Source: Basidiobolus meristosporus CBS 931.73 (lineage: Eukaryota; Fungi; Basidiobolomycota). From it: a stretch of 56,859 nt of DNA. Of the stretch, positions 11,572-24,010 are shown piece after piece (position 1 is the stretch's first letter; the number at the start of each line of letters is the position of its first letter). Location: contig MCFE01000571.1 in assembly GCA_002104905.1 (NCBI GenBank), positions 1 through 56,859 of the forward strand, written 5' to 3'. The notes under the pieces are model-generated. The model did not search any database and had not been told where the DNA came from. It saw only the letters and a program-made list of their open reading frames with translations. A program made the translations under genes and the position numbers.

Positions 11572-14500
11572 CTAAAGTTGAGAGGGTTCTCCTGAATCTC
11601 TTTTCTTGTGATACCAATATCTTGATGGTTCAGTATTATCAGCAAGTCATGCATGCTTGAGTCTGTCCCTATGCACTAAGTCTTCCTGGATATTACCTTA
11701 TTTGTCCACCAGTTGGTAAGTTACAAATGGACATTCTATGATGATCTTGAATGATCCTGTCCATTGTGGCTCAAACTTCTTCCAAGTGTTGTTTCTGAGC
11801 AATACAAAGTTCCCAACTGTCAATGCTTCTGGTGCTATAGTCTTATCAGATCTCTGCTTCATCTTTTCTGCACTTTGAGATACTTTGGTCTGTGCCTCTT
11901 GACGTCTTTGTTCCAGTTGCTGGTGTCTACTTGGCTGACTGAGTTCATCTTCTAAGGTGTCTGTAAGCTTTGGTTGTGTGAGATCTCCTGGAATTCTTGG
12001 TTCACATCCATAAACTAAGTAAAATGGTGATTGCTGGGTGGTGTTGTGTACTCTGACTCTGCATGCAAAGAGTGCTTGGTCTATATACTCATCCCATCTA
12101 CTGACAACTCCATTTGCATACTTGGTCAGCATTTTTCCAAATAATCCATTAAACCGCTCAGTGACTCCATTAGTTCTGGGGTGATATGCTAAGGTTTTTA
12201 AGTGTCTGATCTGCTGCATTTCCAGCTAAGCCTCTAATGTCTTTGCCATAAAGTTTGCACCTCTATTGGATAAGATCTCCACAGGGCATCCAAACTTCAT
12301 CAGGATCTCATGGTAAATGAAACTTGCAACTTCTTGTTCACTGGCTATTGGTACGGCTTTAGCAACTGGCCATTTAGTGGCATGGTCAATAGCTACTAGG
12401 AACCAATGGTTGCATTTCCTGGTAGTTGGCAGTCTTCCAATAAAGTCAATTCCCCATCTCTCAAATGGTCTTATAGGCTCCAAAGGGAAGAGTTTGGCAA
12501 TTCTTTGTGGCTGGCCTTGATTGATTTGGCAGTTTGGGCATGTTTTCACTAGCTTCTCAATATCTTGTTTCATTCTGGGCCACCATGCTCTGGCTTTCAC
12601 AAGGCTATAGGTTCCTTCAATCCCAAGATGTCCATATCCATTGTGTAGCTTGTGTATTAAATCCAGGTGAGCAACATAAGGACAATAGGCAATAGGGCTT
12701 CCATCAACAATTTGGTAGTGTGTTTCATCCTGTACAACAAATTTGCTGGCTTCATCACGGATTATCTTCTTGATATCTTCATCCACCTCATTAGGAATGG
12801 CTTGGTTCTCCAAGTACTTTGGTAATAGGCTAGGCCAATCTGATTCATGCACCAAGTTGAGTTGTGCAACTTGATCTAATCTTGATAAGGCATCAGCAAC
12901 TGTGTTGTTTTTTCCTGGGCAGTAGACAATCTCCAGGTCAAATTGCTGAATGTATTCACTCAATCTTGTCATTCTTCTAGAGAGTACCTTCTGAGTAAAT
13001 ATATACTTGAGGGAGGCATGATCAGTCTTCACAGTGCATTTGACTCCTTCAATATAGCATCTCCATGTCTTCAAACAATGTATTATAGCAAGCATCTCCT
13101 TCTCATGGACTGGATAGTTTTGTTCTGCTGAGTTCAGTTTCTTGGATTCAAAGGCAACAGGGTAGTCCTTTCCCTCGTGTTCTTGGCTCAGCACTCCACC
13201 AATTGCATAATCTGAAGCATCTGTGCACAGAGTGAACTCTTTTCTGAAGTCTGGTACTCTTAGGCTTGGCAGCTTAGCAAGTTCATTCTTGAGCATCTGG
13301 AAGGCAGTCTCACAAGCTATGTCCCACTTGTAGGTATTGTCTTTCTTGAGGATATCAGTTAAAGGGGCTGCAATACTTGCAAAAGACTTGACAAATCTCC
13401 AATAATAGGAAACCATTCCGAGGAATGATCTGAGTTCTGATATGCTATGGGGCTGCTTCAAATTCTTGATTACTTCCACCTTCTTTAGGTCTAAGGTTAC
13501 TCCTGTGCTAGTCACTATATGTCCCAGGTATTCAACGTGCTCCTTGAAGAATTCACACTTGGCTAGCTTGCCATATAGCTTGTTCTCTCTTAGTTTCTTC
13601 AAGACCTTTTCAATGTGCACTATGTGATCCTCTTCTGTCTTGCTGTATATCAATATGTCATCCAGGTAGATTATCACAAACCTGTCTAAGTACTCCTGAA
13701 AGACAGTCTGCATCAGCGTCATGAATGTTGCAGGGGCATTGGTGAGGCCAAAACTCATGACTAAGTACTTGTAATGTCCATATCTGGTCCTGAATGCTGT
13801 CTTGGGGATGTCTTCTGGCTTCACCCTAATCTGGTTGTATCCTGGCATGAGGTCAATCTTGCTGAAAATAGTGGCTCCATTAAGTTGGTCTAAAAGCTCA
13901 TCAATCCGAGGTATGGGGTACTTATTCTTGACGGTAACTGAGTTCAGGGCTCTGTAGTCAATGCACATCCTAAGTGTTCCATCCTTCTTTTTCACAAAAA
14001 GCACTGGTGCTCCCCAGGGTGACTTGCTCGGCCTGATGTATCCTTGCTCCAATAGCTGATCAATTTGTCTCTTCATTTCCTCCAATTCTAATGGACTCAT
14101 TCTGTAAGGTGTCTTGCGCACTGGAGGGCTATCTCCTGTGTCAATGGCATGATCCACGTCTCTGACTGGTGGTAGGCTTACAAGCTCATCTGGGAACACG
14201 TCTGAATATCTCTTCAAGAGAGTCTGGACCTGCCGGGGTGCTGGGGTAGAGGAATCCTCCTGTAATACCGCCATGAGGAACATCTTGGTACCTTTTCTAA
14301 GTGCTCTACAGAACTGGGTCTTGCTAAGTTCACTTGTCTCACACACACTGGAATTGACCAAGTTGAAATCCAGCATGGCAGGTAATAGCTCATAGGTCTT
14401 GTTGTCTTTTTGGATCTGAGTAGCATGGGTTCTCCAGTTGATTGATGGATTATGACAAAATAGCCAGGTTTTTCCAGGTACAAGGTCAAACTTGCAGTTC

Positions 14501-15705
14501 CCAAATATATAAGCCTGTAGGTCTTCTTCATAGTCATTGATCCTCATTCTTATTGGCTGGGTAATACGGTTGATTATGTGGGAGTTCCCATCAGCTGTGG
14601 AAACTGAAGTTGATTTGGTAGGTTCTGAGTTGATTCCAGCTTTCAAAGCAAATTGCTCTGACATGTACTCATGCAATGCTCCTGAGTCAATCATGATCTT
14701 GGCAGGTACTCCATTGATTACTCCATTCAAGTACAATAACTTCCCTGAGTTTGAAGTCATTTGGGACAAGTACTCTTCTGTCATATGGAAGGTGAGTTCC
14801 AAATCTTCTTCAAGCTCATCCTCCACATTACTGTGTTCATGGGACTCAATATGGTTGAAGGTTCTTGTTGGCTGGTGTCCATTTCTTCTCTGAGGGCAGT
14901 ACTTTGCAATATGTCCCTGCTGGTGGCAATTGAAGCAAAGTCCTCTCTTCTTGCATTCTTCTGAGGAGGAATTCTTCTGCATAGCATCTATTTCCATTGG
15001 TACTGCTTCTGATTGTCTTCTTTCATAATGATTATAGCCCTTCTGATTAGTCACTGTAGGCTTCCCAATTCCAAACATAGCTGAGTCATAGTCAATGGCA
15101 ATCTTGATGGCTTCTTCAATAGTCTGAGGTCTTTGGTAATTGACTTCCTTGCGAGTTCTTTCTTTCAACCCATCAATAAAGTATTCAACTTGATCCAAGG
15201 GGTCCATTCTTTCAATTTGACCAAGTAGACATCTGTACTCATAGATGTATTCTTGCACCATTCCTTTCTGTCTGAGTGTCTTTAACTTCCTTCTTAGTAG
15301 TGTCTGCTGGTGTGGAGGTTCAAAAGCATCCTGAATTTCCGACACAAACTAATCCCAGGTAGAGATTGTAGAGCATCCCATCATAGTAGCTGACCTGATC
15401 TTGTTGTGGTACCACTGTAAAGCTGCATCTGCCAGGTAAGAAGCTGCATAATGCAACTTGCTCTCTGGAGCAATTCCTTTAGCTTTAAAAGCTTCTTCAA
15501 TCTGAAAGAGCCAAGTTCCCAGGTTTTCATTGACTCTGCCATGGTACCGGTTGACCTTCACACTAAAGTTGCTCTTGACAGGGCTTTGCGGGCTCTGAGC
15601 CATGGTAGTCATTCCTTGTTGCTGTTGGCTGAGGATCTGGAGTAGCTGTTGCTGTTGGGCCAGGATTTGCTGCATGGCATTCTTCCATTCTTGATTGTCC
15701 GACAT
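11572..15705 (-). pseudogene. gag-pol: Single-frame gag-pol of A1 with 4 premature stops
   Basis: CCHC knuckle [14 protein letters not shown], protease IMIDSGA, RT YLDD, RNase H TDASD, integrase HHCC and GIDFIG. In-frame stops at 15349, 12226, 11698 and 11647; no frameshift. Confidence 0.93.
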
Positions 15706-15750
15706 CTTGAGGGTGGTTTCTTCTTTCTTCAGGAGGGAGGTTTCTGGTTA

Positions 15751-15762
15751 TTGCTGCTACCA
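15751..15762 (-). promoter_or_regulatory. PBS TGGTAGCAGCAA (likely tRNA-iMet)
   Basis: 1 nt from the LTR end and identical at 32260-32271. TGGTAG is complementary to the ...CUACCA end of eukaryotic initiator tRNAs; the tRNA identity is inferred. Confidence 0.7.
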
Positions 15763-16296
15763 ATGTTACAAGTCTTGGTATAAGAGTTGTAGAGGAATAG
15801 GGAGTTTAGCTAGTATTGTATTCACTATAACTTGAACTGATTTTTATTGAGGTTCCAGCAGCTCCTTATATACATTTTGCCAGATCAATTGCTGACTAAT
15901 TGTATTTCCTAATGTAGGTTGTGGCTGATGACTCATTTGATTGCATCATCATCACCCAATAAGATCCTACTTAATATATCTATTTCTGTCTGATAAGGAT
16001 CTGCTGATTCATTTGCCAACTAATGCTACTGATTTCATAGATAATACTGATATACTGATAACCTAAACATATACTAATTGATTTGACTAAAAACTGATCT
16101 AAATTAAACATTCAAGCGGCAGATCATAACAGAGACACTTGGAGCACCTAGGAAGCTAGAGAAGCAGGAGCTTTTACCATAGTGACATAATGACAAAGAC
16201 ACCAGCAGTTCAGACCCACAGGTTATTGCACCCATCAGACACCTCACACACCTTGAGTTGTGTAGCTACTCCCAGGAGTACCTCTACACCACCACA

Positions 16297-16842
16297 CTGG
16301 TTGACCTTCACACTAAAATTGCATTTGACAGGGTTGTGCTGGCTTTGGGGCATGGTGGTCATTCCTTGTTGCTGCTGGGTAAGGATCTGGAGTAACTGTT
16401 GCTGATGGGCCAGGATTTGCTGCATAGCATTTTCCATTCTTGATTTTTGGACATCTTGAGGGAGGCTTCTTCTTTCTTTAGGAGGGAAGTATTGGGTTAT
16501 TGCTGCTACCAATGTTAGCTAGTATTGTATTCACTACAACTTGAAGTGATTTTTATAGAGGTTCCAGCAGCTCCTTATATACAATTTTGCCAGATAAATT
16601 GCTGACTAATTGTATTTCCTAATGTAGGCTGTGGCTGATGACTCAAGTGATTGCATCATCATCACCCAATAAGATCCAACTTAATATATCTATTCCTGTC
16701 TGATAAGGATCTGCTGATTCATCTGCTGACTAATGCTACTGATTTGATTGATAACACTGATATACCAATAGGCTAAATATATAACTAATTAATTTGACTA
16801 ATAACTGATTTAACCTAAACATTCAAGCGGTAGATCATTTCA
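16297..16842 (-). mobile_element. 5' LTR (16513-16842, ~40-bp deletion), PBS and gag start of gypsy B
   Basis: MENAMQQILAHQQQLLQILTQQ matches the A1 gag N-terminus. The gag resumes at 10547, across the C solo LTR. Confidence 0.88.
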
Positions 16843-17930
16843 CTTTGGCAAAGTAGTCCTAATAAGAGCTATTTGTATTTTGCATCCAACCCAACTTTGC
16901 ATTGCTCAACTGATTAGTTATGCATTGGGGCTGCTTAGCTTGTTAGTAGCAGCAGATATCTATGTATTCAGCTTTGTGCTTGTAGTATAGCTGCTCAAAC
17001 CCTATCACAAACTCCTCTCATAAATGCTGTAGATGCATCAAGTTAACATTGGCAATCTGCTTCTGCATAAATATTCTTAAAGTGTCAAGTTATGACTCCA
17101 AATACTTCCAATATACACTAGGTAGAAATACACTCATAAAGACATATGAATAAGTACATATCAAGTTTAGTTCATCCAGTGCTTGCATCTGTATTATTGT
17201 ACATAAATATAAATATTGGTTGAAGCTTATGCAAAATACTTTGGGTATTAGATATTTTGTAATATCTTCCCAGTTCTCTCAAGTTTCTCTGATAATACTA
17301 AGGGCTCATTCCACTTGAAATCCCCCATGTACAACTTGGTTATTAGTATAGAGATATAGTTGAAGAGCAAATGCATGGTTCCTAGTGGATAGCTTTTGCT
17401 CCAATATATTCCCTCTATCTTGAGTATATCTGGTTTTTGATTAATTCCATATTCTGGCCAATGGTGTATAGCTTGCCAGCAATGCTGCAGTTGCTTGCTG
17501 ACTCTTCATGTTCTCTCTGTGGAAGGATGATATTTGTAGTGTTGGTGTCTGGGTAACATTAATGTATGTGAGTTAGTAAAAAATGGTGCCATTACAAAAG
17601 TATCAAGTGGCCAGCTTGGTATTGCATGTACAGTAGAAACTGATGAGTTCTCAAATATGACATGTGTGGCCAAATACTGGCTATTATCCTTATAACACTT
17701 CCTGTACCATTTGTTTGCTTTATAGTTGAGAGGCTGGTTACAATAGCTGCATAGTCTTTTACCCTACTCTTGTGGCATTGAAGCAAAGTAGTCTTCTCCA
17801 TGGGGCAAACAGCTTGACACACAACAATGTTATGCTGTTATATCACTTATGTGTTGGCACTGATGTTATTTTACAACAGTCCTGTATATGCAACATTGCA
17901 ACTATATGTATGTGATATTTGCTGATATTG
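16843..17930 (-). pseudogene. Internally deleted CACTA transposase remnant
   Basis: Blocks align to 29700-30600 and, in reverse, to 42360-44420. Confidence 0.7.
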
Positions 17931-17955
17931 CATCATAGTTGGTATTACATATAAG

Positions 17956-18239
17956 CTTTATAAGAAATAATTTAGTCCCCCAGGTGGATCCAATCTGGGT
18001 CAGCTATTGGGATCCCACAATGAGTCAGTGATAGTGCTAGCAGCTTGGAATCATTGACTTTCCATACCATCTTATGATAGGATTATATTGGCATTTTGCT
18101 GATTTTACTGCCAAATAGAGTAAAATCTCAATGGTGTTTTAGCAGTCTTGCAACAGGAGCTCCATAGCACTTTAATGGTCTTAGTGTGCTCTTCATCCCT
18201 GCAAAAAATAATATGATCATGCAGGTGTAACCAATATGG
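17956..18239 (-). repeat. Two CACTA right-end fragments (~17956-18130 and 18197-18239)
   Basis: Reverse complements of the 56350-56476 end; CCCTGCAAAAAATAAT at 18197. Confidence 0.6.
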
Positions 18240-19785
18240 TGTGGCAAGTCTTGGTAAAAGATTTGTAGAGGAATAGGGAGTTTAGCTAGTAGTGTATTCA
18301 CCAAAACTTGAACTGATTTTTATTGAGGTTCCTGCAGCTCCTTATATACATTTTGCCAGATCATCTGCTGCCTAATTGTATTTCCTAATGTAGGTTGTGG
18401 CTGATGACTCAATTGAGTGCATCATCATCACCCAATAAAATCCTACTCAATGTCTCTATTTTGGTCTGATTAGGATCTGCTGATTCATTTGCTGACTAAT
18501 GCTACTGATTTGATAGATAACACTGATACACTGATAGGCATTACATGTAACTGATTAATTTGACTAAGAACTAACCTATCTTGAACATTCAATTAGTATA
18601 TCATTACATTCTCCCCTACTAAAGTTGAGAGGGTTCTTCTGAAGCTCTTTTCTTGTAGTACCAATATCATGATGGTTCAGTATTGTTGGCAGGTCTTACC
18701 AGCTTGATTCTGTCTCTATGAACTAAATCTTTCTGGATATTCCTGTGTTTGACCATTAGGTGGTAGGTTGCAAATGGACATTTGCTGATGATCTTAAAAT
18801 GTCCTGTCCATTGTGGCTCAGACATCTTCCAAGTGTTGTTTCTCAGCAATACATAGTTCTCAGCTGTCAATGCTTATGATCAAATAGTCATATCAAATCT
18901 CTGCTTCATCTTTTCTGCACTTTGAGATACTTTGGCCTGTGCCTCTTAACATCTTTGCTCCAGCTGCTGGTGTCTAATTAACTGACTGAGCTTATCTTCT
19001 AAGGTGTCTGTAAGCTTTGGTTGTGTGAGATCTCCTAGAATCCTTGGTTCACATCCAGACATCAAGTGAAATGGCAATTGTTGGGTGATGTTGTTTACTA
19101 TAACTTGGCATGCAAAAGGTGCTGGGTCTATATACTCATCCCATTGACTGACAGCTCCATTTGCATGCTTGGACAGCATTTTCCAAACAATGCATAAGCC
19201 ACTCATTGACTCCATATGCTCTAGGGTGATATGGTAAGGTATTCAAGTGTTTGATATGCTGCATTTCCAGCAAGATTCCAATGTCTTTGCCATGAAGTTT
19301 GCTACTCTATTGGATAAAATCTTTACAGGGCATCCAAACTTCATAAGGGTCTTATTGTAGATGAAACTTGCAACTTCTTGCTCACTACCTACAGGTACTG
19401 CTTTAGCCACTGGCCATTTGGTGGCATGGTCAATTGCTACTAGGATCCAACATTGCATTTCCTGGTTATTGGCAGTTTTCCAATAAAGACAAATCCCCAT
19501 ATATTGAATGGTCTTACAGGCTCCAAGGGAGAGGGTTTGGCAATTATCTGTGGTTGGCCTTGGTTGATTTAGCAATTTGGGCAGGTTTTCACTAACTTCT
19601 CAATATCTTGTTTCATTCTAGGCCACCATGCTCTGGCTTTCACAAAGCTATAGGTACTTTCAATTCCAAGATGTTCACATCAATTGTGTAGCTTATGTAC
19701 TAAATCCAGGCAAGCAACATAAGGGCAACAGGCAATAGGGCTTCCATTAACAATCTGGTAGAGAGTTTCATCAGGTACCATAAAT
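18240..19785 (-). mobile_element. Gypsy B' fragment: integrase remnant plus 3' LTR (18240-18608)
   Basis: LTR is followed by the PPT ttctcccctactaaag. [15 protein letters not shown] and related peptides are homologous to the A1 integrase. Confidence 0.88.
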
Positions 19786-20263
19786 CTGCAACACCATTAT
19801 AGTAAGGTTAGCATATGTCCAACTAGACACAATAATAGGCATAGGACCTAATTGCCAATCCAGCTAGGTAACCTGATAATAAACCATGATGATGTGGCCA
19901 TACCTGTTTCAGCCAACAGCCCACTTATTGGCAAGAGTTGGTTTCTCCAACATAAGATGGACTCTACAGTGCATCTGAGCTCTGGTAGGACACTTAGAGT
20001 AGCCCACTGATTCATATCATCAATGAGATCAAGGTGTGTAGCAACAGTGTAACAATACAAGAGGTGAAGCCATCACAGTCTCTAATTATTACACATAAGG
20101 TGATAAAAATACTACTTGCAAGTTAGACCGTGATCTCATTAGAGATACCAGTAGCATATTTGACAAATAGAAGAATGATAACCACAACCAAGGTATTTGG
20201 CCATTTGAAGGAAATCTTAATCCCTATAGTAGGGACACTGCCAAAATCTGAGATGCAAAGCAT

Positions 20264-21214
20264 TGTGGTGGTGTGTAAGCCCAAGGGAGAGATACATCCG
20301 GCACTTCTCAGTGTTTTGTGTGTGGGGTGTTCACTGGGTGCAATAACCGCTGGCAAAAGCTTGCTAGGAATACTTGGGTTCTGTCTCTAATCTAATGTGA
20401 TGGGGAATCAAGCCACAAGCTTGTCAAGGGAAAACTATTAAATCAGAATGTGCTAGAATGTTCTAAGCAGGTGCCAGAAGGTTCTAAGAGGCACTGCACA
20501 TTCAACCAATCAGGAATCAGTACTCTGAAGCCTGTGTAACATAGGCATACCATATATGGTATGAAAGTGGTATGGATGGTGACAGAGGTTGATCATGTGT
20601 CATGGGTACCGGCATGGGTACTTGCCTAATTTAGAAGCACTTACAGCAAGTAATCTTACATAAAGTGAGGGATAACTTATGCAATAAGGTAAGCAGGTGT
20701 GATAGTCAACCTGCTTATGGGATAGTACTGATCAGGTAAGACAAATGTGATAAAGCTAAAATAAGCATAGTAGAGATATAGGGAAGTAGAAAATATGGGA
20801 ATGTGTTATGATCTGCCGCTTGAATGTTTAAGTTAGATCAGTTTTTAGTCAAATCAATTAGTGTATGTTTAGGTTATCAGTATATCAGTATTATCTATGA
20901 AATCAGTAGCATTAGTTGGCAAATGAATCAGCAGATCCTTATCACACAGAAATAGATATATTAAGTAGAATCTTATTGGGTGATGATGATGCAATCAAAT
21001 GAGTCATCAGCCACAACCTACATTAGGAAATACAATCAGTCAGCAACTGATCTGGCAAAATGTATATAAGGAGCTGCTGGAATTTCAATAAAAATCAGTT
21101 CAAGTTATAGTGAATACAATACTAGCTGAACTCCCTATTCCTCTACAACTCTTATACCAAGACTTGTAACAAATGAGCATATCTGTCAGTGGGTGTCAGT
21201 GTTACCCCACTACA
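20264..21214 (-). repeat. Solo C2 LTR (internally deleted, ~579 bp without the nested A LTR)
   Basis: TGTGGTGG...CCCCACTACA ends. Flanks GCAT/GTGT are consistent with a decayed GCGT TSD. Confidence 0.8.
20804..21171 (+). repeat. Solo LTR of gypsy A
   Basis: 368 bp, about 98% identical to the A1 LTRs by eye. Perfect AATG TSD; empty site visible at ~6834. Confidence 0.95.
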
Positions 21215-24010
21215 GTGTGAAAAGCTTAGAGGTTGATAATGGACAACAGATGGTGATACTGCATAGAGGAGCGCTGTTGTTGAACATAGAGTAAGTCAAC
21301 AGAAATGACTAAGAGCCACCTACATGCAAGGAGTCAGAAGTCAAGCTCCTTCAACTGGATGTTGACCTAGTCTACCGCTAATGCTACAAGACAGGTTCCT
21401 AGAAGGAATGCACCCTCTTGCTTGAGTATTCTCTAAGAACCATATATTGGCCATAGGCCCAGAGTATATCACCAAATCCACCTTGCTGACAAGTACTCCA
21501 TGAAGTAAAAAGCCTAAAGGAACTCACAAACTGACACAGTATATACTAAAGAGACAATTGAAACCTTATTAAAGAGCAACATCATTGCAGAGAGCCATTC
21601 TTGTGGGCCTCCCCAGCACTGATAGCCCAAAGAGGTACAGAGAGGCAATTTTTTGGAATAGACTTTCAAGAGGTGAATACCATCACCCAGAACAATGTGT
21701 ATTCACTACTACAAATAGACAACCTCTTGAACAGATTAGTTGGAGCTAAATATTTTAGCTCTCTTGACATAATCTCTAGGTATTGGCAACTAGAAGTAGC
21801 TCCAGAAGATTAACCTAAAGCTGCTTTGATATCATTGTTTGTACTAAGCAAATGGAAACTACTGCCCTTTGGCTTGTGAAGTTCCCCTGCTAAGTACTAA
21901 AGGATAATCAATAGGGTACTAGGAATACCACAATGGGAATGTGCTCTTCTGTGTCTAGAAAACTTCACTTTATATTCTCTGGATGTAGAAGAACATAAAT
22001 ATAATGTGCACCATTTCCCAACAGCCTTCTTGAGGATCAGCTCAAACTTCATCCCAAGAAGTGACACTTCTTGAATACAAAATTGTTGTTGCTAGGCCAC
22101 AAGATACTGGTAGATGGGATTTACCCATCTACTTCCCTACAGAAGGCTGATCAAGATACACTTGTGCCATAGGATATCAAGCAAATGATGAGTTACCAGG
22201 AGTAGCTGGCTACTATTGCCACTTTGTCAAATGCTTTGCAACAATAGTGGCCCCTATGTACAAATTAATGTGGAAAGGCCATTGTTCTATGTTGTTAGAG
22301 CCTCAAAAGGAAGCATTCAATCAGATAAAATATTCCCTTATATTACCCCCAGTGTTACAATGTCCAATCAGGATGTGCAATTTCTTGCTAACTGTGATGG
22401 AAGCCTCACTGGTAGAGGCACCATACGGGGACTATACTACTAACCCTGCAAACTCCACCCAATTGGTTACATGAGCCATTTGCTAAACAAACACAAACAT
22501 AACTTCCTTTTTACTAAGATAGATAATCTGGCTGTTGTTTATTCCATTAAGCAATTCTATACATACATACATGGTTGCCAATTAAAATAGTAAAAGACCA
22601 CAGCACATTGGTCTAGCTGATGAAAACTAAAGACTACACCAGCTGGCTAGCATATTGGGCCCTCCAACTGCAGGGATACAACTTTGAAATAATCCAATGT
22701 GCTCACAAGAAACACCAGGATGCAGAATACCTGAGTTGCTATCCTGTTTGCCCAATACAGATCAGTGGTATTCAATAGGACCTAGTCTACTTTATAGAGA
22801 AGACAAAGTATCTCAAACACATTGTTCCAAACAAACTGAAGAGAGAACACCAAAGGAAATTGTGTCAGTATAGAATACAAGAAAATCAATTATGGTTCCT
22901 CCAAGGGCAGTTCAGAGCCAAGGTGCCCCATTAGCTGCCCACAAAGCAATCATATAAGAAAGACATCTGATATCAGGACACATTAACCCCCTAATAGCAT
23001 ATAGGCTTTTAAGAAAGACATTTCATTGGAAAAAGATGATGACCAACATCATAGATATATTACAAAGATGCATCACATAAAAACAACTTAACTGGAGTCA
23101 CAAGATAGGGACAGTTGCACCAACACTAGTTAGCTTACCCTTCCACCAGGTACAGATTGACTTTGTAGGGTCCCTTACAAAAAAAGAAAGGAGAACAATA
23201 CATAATAATTGCTACCAATTATTTCTTGCAGTGGGTAGAACCCATGCCATCCAAAATAAAGATCAGAAGACAACTGCCCAATTCATTTTAGAATACCTCA
23301 TCAGCCAGCATGGATATCCTCAGATACTCCTGACCAACATTGGAGGTTCATTCCTGAGCTACACTGTGGCCCACCTGTGCAAAATGATAGGTGTGAAACA
23401 GGTCTTCATGGCCATTGATCATCTCCAGACTATCATATTAACCAGGTAGATGGAGAAGGAGTGTTGCTCTATACTAGGGAAGCTTCACTGGGAACTTCCC
23501 CTGTCATGGGCCAAGCTGCTCCCACTGTCACTGCTAGCAATGCCTACAACACCTAATAAAATAATAGGTTTCTCCTTGTAAAAAATCCTACATAAACAGA
23601 GACCCAAGTGGCATGAAGAAGCTGGACTGACAACGGAGGGTGTCCCCTGTTGCAATTTAAGAAGTGATTTGGATATAAGGAACTTATCAAGAAATAGTGA
23701 TAATAGTTGAACTGTTGTTTATTCATAAAGAAGCTCAGTATTTATACCTTTGTAGAAGTAATACAGCTGCAACACTAAGTAGGGAGGGTTTCTCAATATT
23801 CAGGAGCATTCTGTAACAGTTTCAGGGTTAGTACATAATGTTTGGTAATAGTGCTAATTTGATCCTGACTATAGGGGAATAATCATAAGATCATATATCT
23901 GGAGAAAGTGGCGAAGTAAAGGCAGTAAATGAGTCCTACAGTGACTAAGACTAGCCTAGAATTGTTAAGTAAATTTTTAGCTGCTGAATGATACCAAATA
24001 GTCCAATATT

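Larger units (their letters stand above)
11194..16131 (-). mobile_element. Full-length Ty3/gypsy element A1 (4938 bp)
   Basis: 368-bp LTRs at 11194-11561 and 15764-16131 with 2 mismatches. GAGA TSD, confirmed by the empty site in the paralogous C LTR near 54420. PBS at 15751-15762, PPT at 11562-11574. Confidence 0.97.
10552..16296 (+). repeat. Solo LTR of family C (10552-11193 plus 16136-16296, ~803 bp), split by gypsy A1
   Basis: TGTGGTAGG...CACCACCACA ends; homologous to 54260-54892 and 38736-39677. Flanks CCAG/CTGG are a decayed CCGG TSD inside the gypsy B gag. Confidence 0.85.

Noticed and set aside
15349-15351. In-frame TAG in gypsy A1 as a programmed read-through site
   Set aside because: It lies mid-gag, not at the gag/pol border, and the A2 copy has GAG there, so it is a nonsense mutation.
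9188-16846. TSD for gypsy B defined by LTRs 9192 and 16842
   Set aside because: Flanks CTAG and CTTT do not match and the neighbouring sequences are unrelated.
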